Source: Omnitrophica bacterium GWA2_41_15 (GTDB lineage Bacteria > Omnitrophota > Gorgyraeia > Gygaellales > Profunditerraquicolaceae). Taken from it: a stretch of DNA of 61,754 nt. A model generated the notes under the pieces. It searched no databases, was not told where the DNA came from, and saw only the letters and a list, made by a program, of their open reading frames with translations. Location: contig CAKKSP010000021.1 of assembly GCA_919902045.1 (NCBI GenBank), forward strand, positions 1 through 61,754, given 5' to 3'. The first letter of the stretch is position 1. Each line of letters begins with the position of its first letter. Shown piece by piece: positions 18,868 to 27,903 of the stretch. The translations under genes and the position numbers were made by a program.

Positions 18868-19398
18868 TTACCGCTTAAACCTTTCAACCTCTGAATAAAT
18901 ACAACCACAGTAGTTTTGACAATAAATACCTTGCTCTTTTGCTTCCTGATGCGCTTTGCGAAATCCAGGACGAAAATCCGTATAATAAAACTCTACCCCT
19001 ACCTCTTTTGCAACATCCTCTCCTATATCCTTAATTGCTTCTTGATTTTGATATGGACTAACTAACAAAGTGGTAGAAAAATGGCTAAAACCTTTATTTT
19101 TTGCCTCTAGTGCGGTCATGCCCAAACGCAGTTTCCAACATATACGGCAGCGGCGTTCCGGGTCTTCTTTTAGATATACAGCGCGGAAAAATTCAGCAGG
19201 CACATATTCAGGCACTTGCACCTGCATCTTATTATCTTCTGCCCATTTAATCACCGCTTCTTTTCTGCGCTGATATTCACTTAAAGGATGAATATTCGGA
19301 TTATAAAAAAATCCCTCAACCGAAAAACCCTGCTCGCACAAATAGCGGTAAGGATAAATCATGCACGGAGCACAACAAGTATGCAAAAGTAATTTCAT
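18868..19398 (-). CDS. queH: epoxyqueuosine reductase QueH (DUF208)
   Basis: MKLLLHTCCAPC N-terminus and C-terminal YCGCIYS. Start placed at ATG 19396-19398 rather than the GTG at 19416. Confidence 0.8.
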   Translation of the reverse strand: MKLLLHTCCAPCMIYPYRYLCEQGFSVEGFFYNPNIHPLSEYQRRKEAVIKWAEDNKMQVQVPEYVPAEFFRAVYLKEDPERRCRICWKLRLGMTALEAKNKGFSHFSTTLLVSPYQNQEAIKDIGEDVAKEVGVEFYYTDFRPGFRKAHQEAKEQGIYCQNYCGCIYSEVERFKR

Positions 19399-19471
19399 AA
19401 TAGGTTGCAATGTCACAAAACCAAAGTGTTAAATTTCTTGTGTAATTCTGCTCATATTAATAGATTTTCCA

Positions 19472-19641
19472 GGTCAACGTCTGCCTGGACAATTTTGCTC
19501 GGGAACGCTCGCTTTTTCCCGGCGTGAAAAAGCTTCGCTCGGGGTAGGCTGCGTCGCTCTCCTATATAAGTAAAACGAAGGGAACCATGCCCGCTCCTTG
19601 CCTACACGTCCCGCTCAAAAGTTGTCCAGTCACCCGTTGAC
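19472..19641 (+). ncRNA. candidate structured RNA or MITE-like element E1 (170 nt, closed by an interrupted helix of about 27 paired positions)
   Basis: GTCAACG (19473-19479) pairs with CGTTGAC (19635-19641). TGGACAATTT pairs with AAAGTTGTCCA with one U-G that works only on the plus strand. CGGGA pairs with TCCCG. There is an internal hairpin GCTTTTT-N9-AAAAAGC. GC looks higher than the flanking DNA. Strand and function are uncertain. Confidence 0.3.
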
Positions 19642-19649
19642 TTATAATA

Positions 19650-19885
19650 TATATAATCTCCTGTCAATTCTAGCGAGCGAATGTAGATTTTAGCCAATGC
19701 AGCTTGAGCAGTGAGGGCATCCCAAGGCCACAGAGTGGCAATCTTGGGATGGCTGATATTGTCTGAGCCCCGCCGCCAGAAAGCGGCGGGGCGAGTTCAT
19801 CAGCCACCGAGATGCGAAAGATCATTGGCGAGCCCCGAAAGGGCAAAATCTACTTGAGCGAGCAGAATTGATAGGAGATTATATA
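19650..19885 (+). ncRNA. candidate structured RNA or MITE-like element E2 (236 nt, about 40-bp closing helix plus GC-rich internal hairpins)
   Basis: Left arm TATATAATCTCCTGTCAATTCT..GTAGATTTT pairs with right arm AAAATCTAC..AGAATTGATAGGAGATTATATA. The single G-T is compatible only with a plus-strand RNA. Internal hairpins: 19718-19751 (9-bp stem), 19751-19805 containing CCCCGCCGC-CAGAAA-GCGGCGGGG, and GCCC-CGAAA-GGGC. By eye it does not match RNase P, tmRNA or SRP signatures. Confidence 0.35.
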
Positions 19886-19955
19886 GTAGAACTAAGTGCA
19901 CGGCAAAAATAATCCAGCACGAAAGTACAATATCCTGAAGGCATAATTTATAAGA

Positions 19956-21044
19956 TTATTCCTTAAACAACTCTTCTTGTTTATCTTTATTATAGGTTAA
20001 CCCGAAGTGCTCAAAGGCAAGCTTGGTTGCCAGGCGGCCGCGAGAGGTACGTTTAAGGTATCCAGTTTTCAAAAGATACGGCTCGATAGTATCGGTAATA
20101 GTATCCACTTCTTCGTTAAGGCTGGCAGCAAGAGACTCTGCGCCAACAGGCCCTCCGTCAAAAGAAGTAAGAATGAGTTTAAGCAGTTTCCGGTCCAGCT
20201 CATCAAACCCGGCTTTATCAATACCCAAATCGCTAAGTGTTTTTTTTGCCCCCTCAAGAGTAATTTTTTTTACTCCTAGAACCTGGGCATAATCACGCAG
20301 GCGCCTTAAAAGCCGGTTAGCAATACGCGGAGTACCGCGGCTTCGCCGTGCCGTTTCTTCTGAAGCATCGGTATCAATTTCTACACCGAGCGTCTTTGAA
20401 GAAGCTGTAATAATTTTGGATAGGTCTTCGAAAGGATAAAAATCAAGGTAACAGAATATTCCAAAACGGCTACGCAGCGGAGAAGAAAGTAATCCTGCGC
20501 GAGTAGTAGCGCCCACCAAAGTAAAAGGTTTTAAATTAAACTTAATGGTTTTTGCGTAAGGCCCTTTATCAATCACAAAATCAATCTGAAAATTTTCCAT
20601 TGCAGGATAGAGAAACTCCTCTACCACCTTTGATAAACGGTGTATCTCATCGATAAAAAGAATATCGCCTTTTTCCAAATTTGTCAGGATTCCTATAAGG
20701 TCACCGGCGCGTTCAATGGCAGGCCCTGAAGTAGCGGTTATTTTTGTTCCCATTTCATGGGCAATAATATGTGCAAGGGAAGTTTTTCCTAATCCGGGAG
20801 GGCCGCTTAAAAGCACATGCTCTAAAGGTTCCTGACGCTGCTTTGCAGCAGTAAGGCATACTTTTAAATTTTCTATTGTTTCCTTCTGGCCTACAAAATC
20901 ACCCAGTTGTTGCGGACGTAAAGATAGGTTTAATACAACCTCTTCCTCGGTTTCCTGGGCTTGGCGAAGGTAAAGATTCTCATCCTGCAGGCCAGGTTCT
21001 TTTGGGCTATTCTTTAAGAGCTTCTTGGTTATCTCTTCGGCCAT
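19956..21044 (-). CDS. ruvB: Holliday junction branch migration ATPase RuvB
   Basis: LRPQQLGDFVGQ, Walker A GPPGLGKTSLA, Walker B LFIDEIHRL, GATTRAGLLSSPLRSRFG. It has an N-terminal extension of about 30 aa. Confidence 0.95.
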   Translation of the reverse strand: MAEEITKKLLKNSPKEPGLQDENLYLRQAQETEEEVVLNLSLRPQQLGDFVGQKETIENLKVCLTAAKQRQEPLEHVLLSGPPGLGKTSLAHIIAHEMGTKITATSGPAIERAGDLIGILTNLEKGDILFIDEIHRLSKVVEEFLYPAMENFQIDFVIDKGPYAKTIKFNLKPFTLVGATTRAGLLSSPLRSRFGIFCYLDFYPFEDLSKIITASSKTLGVEIDTDASEETARRSRGTPRIANRLLRRLRDYAQVLGVKKITLEGAKKTLSDLGIDKAGFDELDRKLLKLILTSFDGGPVGAESLAASLNEEVDTITDTIEPYLLKTGYLKRTSRGRLATKLAFEHFGLTYNKDKQEELFKE

Positions 21045-21783
21045 AAGGTAAAATATTATTGATATTGCGGCTAATCTCTATTTCTCCGAAAAGGCCTTTC
21101 TGCTGGGCAACAATTTCCTTCATGCGGATAAGCTCTAAGGTTGATAGAAATATTACCACTATTTCAAGCTTATTTTTTGCACGAGTAAAAAGCTCAAAGA
21201 TTGATACTGAAGGCCGGATAAGCAAAAGATGCAATATCTCGTGAATTTTCCCTTCAATGCTGAATTCATCTTTAATTACTTCATAAAAAAGCTCTCTGGG
21301 GATATCCTTCATTGCCTGGGAAAAAGCATTGATAAGGTCAAAAATACTTGCCTCAAAATAAACCTCTTGTTTTTGCTCTTTCTCATCTACTTCAGAAACC
21401 TTTTCTTGTATTTTAGGGCGCGTAAAAATATCTCTTTGCTTCTGTTCGCGCTCTTTAAGCGTCTGCGCGATTTCTTTAAATTTTTCATATTCAAGTAATC
21501 TGCGTATCAATTCCGCACGCGGATCTTCTTGAAGCTCTTCCTGCGCAGTCTCGACGATCGGAAGAAGCATCTTTGATTTAATTTGCATAAGGGTAGCTGC
21601 CATTACTAAAAATTCACCCGCGATATTAAGATCCATCAACCGCATCAATTCCAAATACTGTAAGTACTGTTCGGTAACTTTTGATATCGGAATATCATAA
21701 ACATTGAGGTGATCTTTTTTAACCAAATATAACAATAAATCAAGCGGGCCTTCAAAAATCTCAAGCCTTATTTTATAACTCAT
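21007..21783 (-). CDS. scpA: segregation and condensation protein A
   Basis: FEGPLDLLLYLVKK..L.VYDIPI..VTEQYL, typical of ScpA; 258 aa. Confidence 0.85.
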   Translation of the reverse strand: MSYKIRLEIFEGPLDLLLYLVKKDHLNVYDIPISKVTEQYLQYLELMRLMDLNIAGEFLVMAATLMQIKSKMLLPIVETAQEELQEDPRAELIRRLLEYEKFKEIAQTLKEREQKQRDIFTRPKIQEKVSEVDEKEQKQEVYFEASIFDLINAFSQAMKDIPRELFYEVIKDEFSIEGKIHEILHLLLIRPSVSIFELFTRAKNKLEIVVIFLSTLELIRMKEIVAQQKGLFGEIEISRNINNILPYGRRDNQEALKE

Positions 21784-22760
21784 ATGCCTATTGCCTCTTT
21801 TACTTCCTTCATGGTGTTGCTTGCAAAATTGGAAGCATTTTCTCTTCCGGCTTCTAATATCTTTTTTATTTTGTTAGTATCCCCGGATAAAGCTTTACGC
21901 CGTTCGTGAAAAGGTTCCAGGGCTTTGATCAGGCCTTCGGCAAGTTGTTTTTTACAAGCAGTACATCCGGTTTTAGCATTCCTGCACCAATCAAAAACAC
22001 TTTCTTTCATACTAGGGACAAAAGTCGCATAATATGAATACACATTACAAATATCAGGATGTCCTTTATCCATAAGTTTGATGCGCTTAGGGTCAGTAAA
22101 CATATTTGAAATTTTTTTATTGATTGCCTCGGCAGTATCGGAAAGATTAACGGCGTTATCATAGCTCTTGCTCATCTTCCGGCCATCAAGGCCAAGAAGC
22201 CTGGGAACTTTAGTAAGCAGAGCCTGAGGATCAGGAAAAATCTCTTGCTTATAAAGGCCATTAAAACGCCTAGCGATTTCACGGGTCAACTCAAGATGCG
22301 GCAGTTGATCTTCACCTACCGGCACAGCGTTAGCTTTATATAAAAGAATATCTGCGGCTTGCAAAACCGGATACCCCAAAAATCCATAAGTATTCAGATT
22401 ACGGGTCTCTACTTCTCTTAATTGTTCTTTATAGGTTGGGCAGCGCTCAAGCCATCCAAGAGGAGTAAGGCAAGAAAAAACCATATTTAATTCCAGGTGT
22501 TGGAAGACCTGAGATTGCACAAAAATATTTGATTTCTCAGGATCAAGGCCAGCGCAAAGCCAATCAATTACATTCTCGGTAATAAATTCACGCATTTGAT
22601 GGCTACGCTCATAATCTCCCATAAGAGCATGCCAGTCAGCCACCATAAAATAACATTCATATTCATCCTGCAGCTTAACCCAGTTGTCCAGAGCACCAAC
22701 CAGATGCCCAAGATGAAGCTTTCCCGTCGGCCTCATCCCGCTTAGTATGCGTTTTTTCAT
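21780..22760 (-). CDS. trpS: tryptophan--tRNA ligase
   Basis: SGMRPTGKLHLGHLVG (HIGH motif) and KMSKS; 326 aa. Confidence 0.95.
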   Translation of the reverse strand: MKKRILSGMRPTGKLHLGHLVGALDNWVKLQDEYECYFMVADWHALMGDYERSHQMREFITENVIDWLCAGLDPEKSNIFVQSQVFQHLELNMVFSCLTPLGWLERCPTYKEQLREVETRNLNTYGFLGYPVLQAADILLYKANAVPVGEDQLPHLELTREIARRFNGLYKQEIFPDPQALLTKVPRLLGLDGRKMSKSYDNAVNLSDTAEAINKKISNMFTDPKRIKLMDKGHPDICNVYSYYATFVPSMKESVFDWCRNAKTGCTACKKQLAEGLIKALEPFHERRKALSGDTNKIKKILEAGRENASNFASNTMKEVKEAIGI

Positions 22761-24817
22761 TCAAGTTTTCTGATAATTTTCTGCGTCTCAAACGCTTCAA
22801 TAATATCGCCTTCTTGAAGCTGGTCAAATCCACCAATACTTATTCCGCATTCATAACCTTCGCCAACCTCGCGCACATCATCCTTAAAACGTTTAAGCGA
22901 TGAGATCTTCCCCTCAAAAACCGGCTGCCCGTTACGCAAAACCGACACCGATGAACTACGCATAATCTTACCTTTTGTAACATAACTTCCGGCGATTATT
23001 CCGGATCTGGATAACTTAAATACTTTACGCACCTCAATCCTGCCTAAAAATATTTTTTTAAGTTTAGGCTCAAGCATCCCTTCGATCGCTGTTTTAATAT
23101 CATTTGCTAATTCATAGATGATGTTGTAAGTGCGGACCTCAACACCCTCGCGGCCAATCAGATCTTTTGCCGGCTCATCAGCTTCGACATTAAAACCCAG
23201 AACCAAGGCATTCGAAGCAGCTGCCAAGATTACATCCGATGAATTAATCGCCCCCGCTCCTTCATGAATAATATTGAGTTTTATTTCAGTAGCTTCTATT
23301 TTTTCCAGAGTATTACGGATAGCCTCAAGAGACCCCTGTACATCTGCTTTAATTACAAGCTTAAGCTCTTTTATTTTTCCTTCTTTAATCTGAGAATAAA
23401 GCTCTTCGAGGCTTATTTTTTTAACAGAATGAATCTTTTCCTGACGAGCATGCTCCTGGCGCTTTTCAATTAATTCACGCGCTTTCTTTTCGTCTTCAAT
23501 AACAAAAAACTGCTCACCTGCTGAAGGAATCCCGGACAAGCCCAAAATTTCTACCGGGACAGACGGCCCAACCTCAGTCATTGCCTGTCCATGATCATCA
23601 AACATAGCGCGAATCTTAGCATAATATGTATCTAAAACAATTGTTTCATTTAAGCGCAGAGTGCCATTTTGCACAAGTAATGTTGCAACAGGGCCTTTGC
23701 CTTTACTCATCTTTGACTCTAATACAATCCCTCGGGCAAGCCGTGCCGGATTAGCCTTAAGCTCAAGCATTTGAGCTTCAAGGATGATCATTTCAAGAAG
23801 ATTATCTATTCCTTCCCCGGTTTTTGCAGAAACTGGAACAGCAATAGTTTTTCCTCCCCAATCTTCCGTTTTTAAATCTAAGTCCGCAAGCTGCTTTTTA
23901 ACTTTATCAATATTCGCCTGGGGTTTATCAATTTTGTTCATCGCCACAATCAGCGATACTCCTGCAGCACGGGCATGATCAATAGCTTCCCGTGTCTGTG
24001 GCATAAGCCCATCATCTGCTGCAACCACAAGTACGACAATATCAGTAACACTGGCCCCTCTTGCGCGCATAGCAGTAAACGCTTCGTGTCCCGGTGTATC
24101 TAAAAATGTTATCTCACCGTGATCTAAAGAAACCCGATAAGCTCCGATATGCTGGGTAATGCCTCCATGCTCTTGCTCGGCAACTTTAGCTTTACGGATA
24201 GCATCAAGCAAAGATGTTTTGCCATGGTCAACATGCCCCATAAAAGTGACTACCGGTGCACGAGGTTTAAGCAAAGCCTGATCATCTACATCTTTATGTT
24301 CCTTAAGCAACTCTTCTTCATCAGATAAAGCTTTTTTTACCGTAACACCCAATTTAACGCAAAGCGCTGAAACAACCTGTTCATCTAAAAATTGGTTAAT
24401 CCCTGCCATTATCCTCATATCCATAAACAGCTTGATAATGTAAGAACTTTTCTCCTGAAGTTTAATTGCTAAATCTTTTACAGTAATAGGAAATTTTAAC
24501 TCAATAACTTTTTGTTCTACTAGTTTAGAGGCTACAGGAGGAAGCTCTATAGGAAGTTCTACGGCAACTTCTTTGGGAACGGGTACCTCTTTAATCAAAA
24601 CTACAGCTTCTTCCTTAACTTCAGATAAAGGCTTTTCCTCATGTTTCTCTATAACGGAGGCCTTAGTTATTTTTTTACTTACAATAGCCTTACGCGGTGC
24701 GCGCAAAACTTTAGCTTTAGTAACCGTAGCTTTTTTCTTCTCAACTTCTTTAGCCGCTGCTTTATGAATAACCGTTTTCGCAGGAGCTTTTGTTTTAGTT
24801 TTCTTTTCCTTAATCAT
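22757..24817 (-). CDS. infB: translation initiation factor IF-2
   Basis: GTPase motifs [28 protein letters not shown], plus the conserved C-terminal domains; 686 aa. Confidence 0.95.
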   Translation of the reverse strand: MIKEKKTKTKAPAKTVIHKAAAKEVEKKKATVTKAKVLRAPRKAIVSKKITKASVIEKHEEKPLSEVKEEAVVLIKEVPVPKEVAVELPIELPPVASKLVEQKVIELKFPITVKDLAIKLQEKSSYIIKLFMDMRIMAGINQFLDEQVVSALCVKLGVTVKKALSDEEELLKEHKDVDDQALLKPRAPVVTFMGHVDHGKTSLLDAIRKAKVAEQEHGGITQHIGAYRVSLDHGEITFLDTPGHEAFTAMRARGASVTDIVVLVVAADDGLMPQTREAIDHARAAGVSLIVAMNKIDKPQANIDKVKKQLADLDLKTEDWGGKTIAVPVSAKTGEGIDNLLEMIILEAQMLELKANPARLARGIVLESKMSKGKGPVATLLVQNGTLRLNETIVLDTYYAKIRAMFDDHGQAMTEVGPSVPVEILGLSGIPSAGEQFFVIEDEKKARELIEKRQEHARQEKIHSVKKISLEELYSQIKEGKIKELKLVIKADVQGSLEAIRNTLEKIEATEIKLNIIHEGAGAINSSDVILAAASNALVLGFNVEADEPAKDLIGREGVEVRTYNIIYELANDIKTAIEGMLEPKLKKIFLGRIEVRKVFKLSRSGIIAGSYVTKGKIMRSSSVSVLRNGQPVFEGKISSLKRFKDDVREVGEGYECGISIGGFDQLQEGDIIEAFETQKIIRKLE

Positions 24818-24820
24818 ATT

Positions 24821-26029
24821 TTATTTTTTGACCAGCTTCTTTGCTTGAGCAATTAATTTTTCAGCTTTTTTCTGGCCAATTCCTTTCACCTGTGTTAATA
24901 GTTCAATATCTGCTTTAGCAATATCTGTCAAATTTTTAAAACCTGCTTCTTTGAGGCCTAGGAGAGTCTTTTCTCCTACTCCGTCAAGCTCATTAAGCCC
25001 CTTAGACTTATCTACTTTTGGAGCCTCAACGCTTGCGGCAGCTAATTCAATTTCAGCCGGAACCTCTGGCTTTACCTCTTCCTTAGCAAGTATCTCACGC
25101 GTACGAATATCCAGCTCCCAGCCAATCAGCTTTGAAGCAAGGCGCACATTCTGCCCGTGTTTACCGATAGCAAGCGAAAGCTGATCATTAGCTACGATTA
25201 CCTGCGCCTTCATCTTTTCTTTATCTAATTTTATCTCCGCAATCTCAGCAGGAGATAAAGCAGCTTTCACGTATTCCCGGATATCTTCATGAAAACGCAC
25301 AACATCAATTTTTTCGCCGTTAATCTCACTGACAATATTCTTGATCCGGTTACCGCGCATGCCGACACAAGCCCCCACAGAATCAACTTTTTCATTTTTT
25401 GAACAAACCGCGATCTTTGTGCGCTCCCCAGCCTGACGGGCAATTGATTTTATTTCAACTATTCCCTCATAAATTTCCGGAACTTCAAGCTCAAAAAGTT
25501 TTTTTACAAAATTGGGGTGGCTGCGCGAAAGTATTATTTGAGGCCCCTTTAATTCTTTTTTTACCTCTAAAGTAAAAGCGCGGATACGCTGGCCCTGGCG
25601 AAACTCTTCCCGCGGAGACTGTTCACGCTTAAAAATTATACCCTCTGCTTTACCCAAGAGATCAACGATGATATTTCCTTTTTCAAAACGATAAACTACA
25701 CCCGATACAATCTCACCCACTTTTCCCTGAAATTCAATAAAAACAACATCTTTTTCCGCTTCACGAATCTTCTGAATAATCACTTGCCGCGCTACCGAAG
25801 CAGCAATCCGGCCTAAATCAAGAGAACTAATCTCTTTTTCATTTCTATAAGCCTTAAACTCTCCGGATATTTTGTCTAAATCAACTCTGATTTCTTCTCC
25901 GGGCTTAGTATCAATAACTTTACGCACTGCCGTTAATAAAGCCGACTGCACTGCCTCAATAAGAACCTCTTTTTTAATCCCTTTTTCCCGCTCAATCTGT
26001 TCTATTACTGCAACTAATTCCTGATTCAT
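24821..26029 (-). CDS. nusA: transcription termination/antitermination factor NusA
   Basis: N-terminal, S1 and two KH domains (GACVGMRGNRIKNI, AIGKHGQNVRLASKL) plus a C-terminal HhH repeat. The rimP-nusA-infB order is conserved. Confidence 0.95.
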   Translation of the reverse strand: MNQELVAVIEQIEREKGIKKEVLIEAVQSALLTAVRKVIDTKPGEEIRVDLDKISGEFKAYRNEKEISSLDLGRIAASVARQVIIQKIREAEKDVVFIEFQGKVGEIVSGVVYRFEKGNIIVDLLGKAEGIIFKREQSPREEFRQGQRIRAFTLEVKKELKGPQIILSRSHPNFVKKLFELEVPEIYEGIVEIKSIARQAGERTKIAVCSKNEKVDSVGACVGMRGNRIKNIVSEINGEKIDVVRFHEDIREYVKAALSPAEIAEIKLDKEKMKAQVIVANDQLSLAIGKHGQNVRLASKLIGWELDIRTREILAKEEVKPEVPAEIELAAASVEAPKVDKSKGLNELDGVGEKTLLGLKEAGFKNLTDIAKADIELLTQVKGIGQKKAEKLIAQAKKLVKK

Positions 26030-26049
26030 TGATTCCCCCTAAATTTGAC

Positions 26050-26514
26050 CTATTCTATTAACTGTTTTCCTTTTCGAATATTGCTAAGCGCAAAATTTAT
26101 ACTGCGATCATCCTCCAATATACCCACTATTTCATCCGTTGTTACTTCACTTATAACGGCATCCCATTCTATTTTACCATTAACCTGCTCTTTTAGGAAG
26201 AACTTTACTTTCCTTCCGATACAACGCAAAAAATCACTGCGCAAGGTTAAAGGCCAGTCTAAACCGGGAGAGGAAACTTCAATCACATAGCTCTGTGATA
26301 TAATATTTTTTTCATCAATAATTCCTCCTAATTCACGGTTAAAACGCGCGCATTCCCCAATAGTTATCCCACCATCAGGCCTATCCGTAATAATACGTAG
26401 GGTATTCTGATGATCCTGGAATATATAAGATAACTCAACTAAAACCGCTGCGTGCGCGCTTAAATAATTTTCTACAATTTCTTTTAATTCATTCAGCAAG
26501 CTTTCTCTATCCAT
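26050..26514 (-). CDS. rimP: ribosome maturation factor RimP
   Basis: 154 aa with the EVSSPGLDWPL motif, immediately upstream of nusA. Confidence 0.85.
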   Translation of the reverse strand: MDRESLLNELKEIVENYLSAHAAVLVELSYIFQDHQNTLRIITDRPDGGITIGECARFNRELGGIIDEKNIISQSYVIEVSSPGLDWPLTLRSDFLRCIGRKVKFFLKEQVNGKIEWDAVISEVTTDEIVGILEDDRSINFALSNIRKGKQLIE

Positions 26515-26549
26515 GATTTTCTCCTGTGAAAATATTTGCTACAACACAG

Positions 26550-26575
26550 GTAGGGCAGGTTTAAACCTGCCCTAC
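26550..26575 (-). terminator. GC-rich hairpin overlapping the proS stop codon (possible terminator or attenuator before rimP-nusA-infB)
   Basis: GTAGGGCAGG-TTTAAA-CCTGCCCTAC, a perfect 10-bp stem. No clear U-tract follows on the transcribed strand, so terminator function is uncertain. Confidence 0.35.
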
Positions 26576-27819
26576 TTAATTAGCCCTAATATACGCCCCA
26601 CCACTTCTGCGCTAGGAGATGAGATTTTTTCTCCTGTGCGGCGAACTTTTATTTCAAAGGCATTATTTTTTATCGCTTCTTTTCCTACAATTACCTGCAC
26701 AGTACACCCAAGAAGATCCGCGTCTTTAAATTTTACTCCTGCGCGCTCATCACGATCATCTAAAAGAACCTCGATGCCTTCTTTTTCTAAAGATTTATAC
26801 AGGTCGTCTGCCATTTTACTCATATTTACGTCAGCAGTATCTAAAACTAAAATCTCTACCGCATAAGGGCTGACTTGAGCCGGCCAGATTATTCCCTGCG
26901 CATCATGATTCTGCTCAATAATAGTAGGAATAAGCCTTGAAACCCCGATACCATAGCAACCCATAATAATCGGATGATTCTTACCCTGGGCATCAAGGAA
27001 TTTTGCTTCAAGGATTTCGGTATATTTAGTTCCCAATTTAAAGATATGGCCTACTTCAATAGTATTAGTTTTTTTCTGTGGAGTATTGCATTTTACACAG
27101 CATGAGGCCATCTCTTCTTTATAGGATATGGTATGGCTGCATTTTGGGCATAACCATACGATATCTTCGCCGCTCTGCGCAGGGATCATAAACTCATGCG
27201 AAACTTTACCACCCATAACCCCGGAATCTGCAGAAACTGAAAGATACTTTAACCCCATACGGCTAAAAATATTTTGATATGCTTTATGCATTGCCTGATA
27301 GTTTTTATCAAGCCCTTCTTCATCTTTGTCAAAACTATAGGCATCTTTCATGATAAATTCACAGCAGCGTATCAGGCCAAAACGCGGCCTCATCTCATCG
27401 CGAAATTTAGTCTGGATCTGATAAAGTAACACTGGTAGCTGCTTGTAACTCGATACATAAGCTCGCAGGAGATCAGTAATCACCTCTTCATGAGTCGGCC
27501 CAAGACAAATATTTCTGCCGCGCCGATCAACAAAACGGATCATTACCTCTCCTATATCTTTATCTCTACCGGTTTTCTGCCATAATTCTTTTGGCTGAAG
27601 CGCAGGAAGCAAAACTTCGTTTGCTCCACAAGCATTCATCTCTTCACGGATAATTCTTTCAATATTATTTAAGACTTTTAAACCCACCGGAAGATAGGAA
27701 TAAACACCTGCCATAAGCATACGCACAAGCCCTGAGCGCAGCATAAGTTGATGACTGATGGTTTCTGCTTCTTGCGGAGCTTCTTTTAATGTAGGAATTA
27801 AAGTTTTTGTCCAGCGCAT
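26572..27819 (-). CDS. proS: proline--tRNA ligase, bacterial type, lacking the INS editing domain
   Basis: TLKEAPQEAETISHQLMLRSG, class II motifs (FRDEMRPRFGLIR, GCYGIGVSR) and an anticodon-binding C-terminus. Start trimmed to ATG 27817-27819. Only about 30 aa (CPKC...CVKC) sit where E. coli ProRS has about 180 aa. Confidence 0.9.
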   Translation of the reverse strand: MRWTKTLIPTLKEAPQEAETISHQLMLRSGLVRMLMAGVYSYLPVGLKVLNNIERIIREEMNACGANEVLLPALQPKELWQKTGRDKDIGEVMIRFVDRRGRNICLGPTHEEVITDLLRAYVSSYKQLPVLLYQIQTKFRDEMRPRFGLIRCCEFIMKDAYSFDKDEEGLDKNYQAMHKAYQNIFSRMGLKYLSVSADSGVMGGKVSHEFMIPAQSGEDIVWLCPKCSHTISYKEEMASCCVKCNTPQKKTNTIEVGHIFKLGTKYTEILEAKFLDAQGKNHPIIMGCYGIGVSRLIPTIIEQNHDAQGIIWPAQVSPYAVEILVLDTADVNMSKMADDLYKSLEKEGIEVLLDDRDERAGVKFKDADLLGCTVQVIVGKEAIKNNAFEIKVRRTGEKISSPSAEVVGRILGLIK

Positions 27820-27835
27820 TTGATTTTTCCTTACT

Positions 27836-27903
27836 GTCATTGCGAACCCCGAAGGGGTGAAGCAATCTTATTTTTTAGATTGCTTCGCTTCGCTCGCAAT
27901 GAC
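27836..27903. repeat. 68-bp composite palindromic element between ispG and proS
   Basis: GTCATTGCGA...TCGCAATGAC outer arms. Inner hairpins CCCC-GAA-GGGG and GAAGCAATCT-TATTTTTT-AGATTGCTTC. Overlaps the ispG stop region and the spurious upstream proS ATG. Confidence 0.75.

Noticed and set aside
19587-19640. 17-codon plus-strand ORF (MPAPCLHVPLKSCPVTR) inside element E1
   Set aside because: It has no upstream RBS, it lies within the paired arms of the helix, and it is too short to support without conservation or Ribo-seq evidence.
19762-19797. Hammerhead-like arrangement (CUGAG - GC stem - CGAG) in element E2
   Set aside because: It lacks the conserved CUGAUGA and GAAA core nucleotides and a cleavage-site helix. 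The resemblance is limited to possible tandem G-A pairs flanking a stem.
19417-19955. Known housekeeping RNAs or a riboswitch in the large gap (tmRNA, RNase P RNA, SRP RNA, preQ1 riboswitch ahead of queH)
   Set aside because: By eye there is no GGAAAGTCCGGGC / ACAGAACCCGGCTTA (RNase P), no tRNA-like GGTTCGA..CCACCA end (tmRNA), no GGAAGCAGC domain IV motif (SRP), and no preQ1-I-like CCCUC...AAAAAACUA motif on the minus strand. This cannot be excluded without a covariance-model search.
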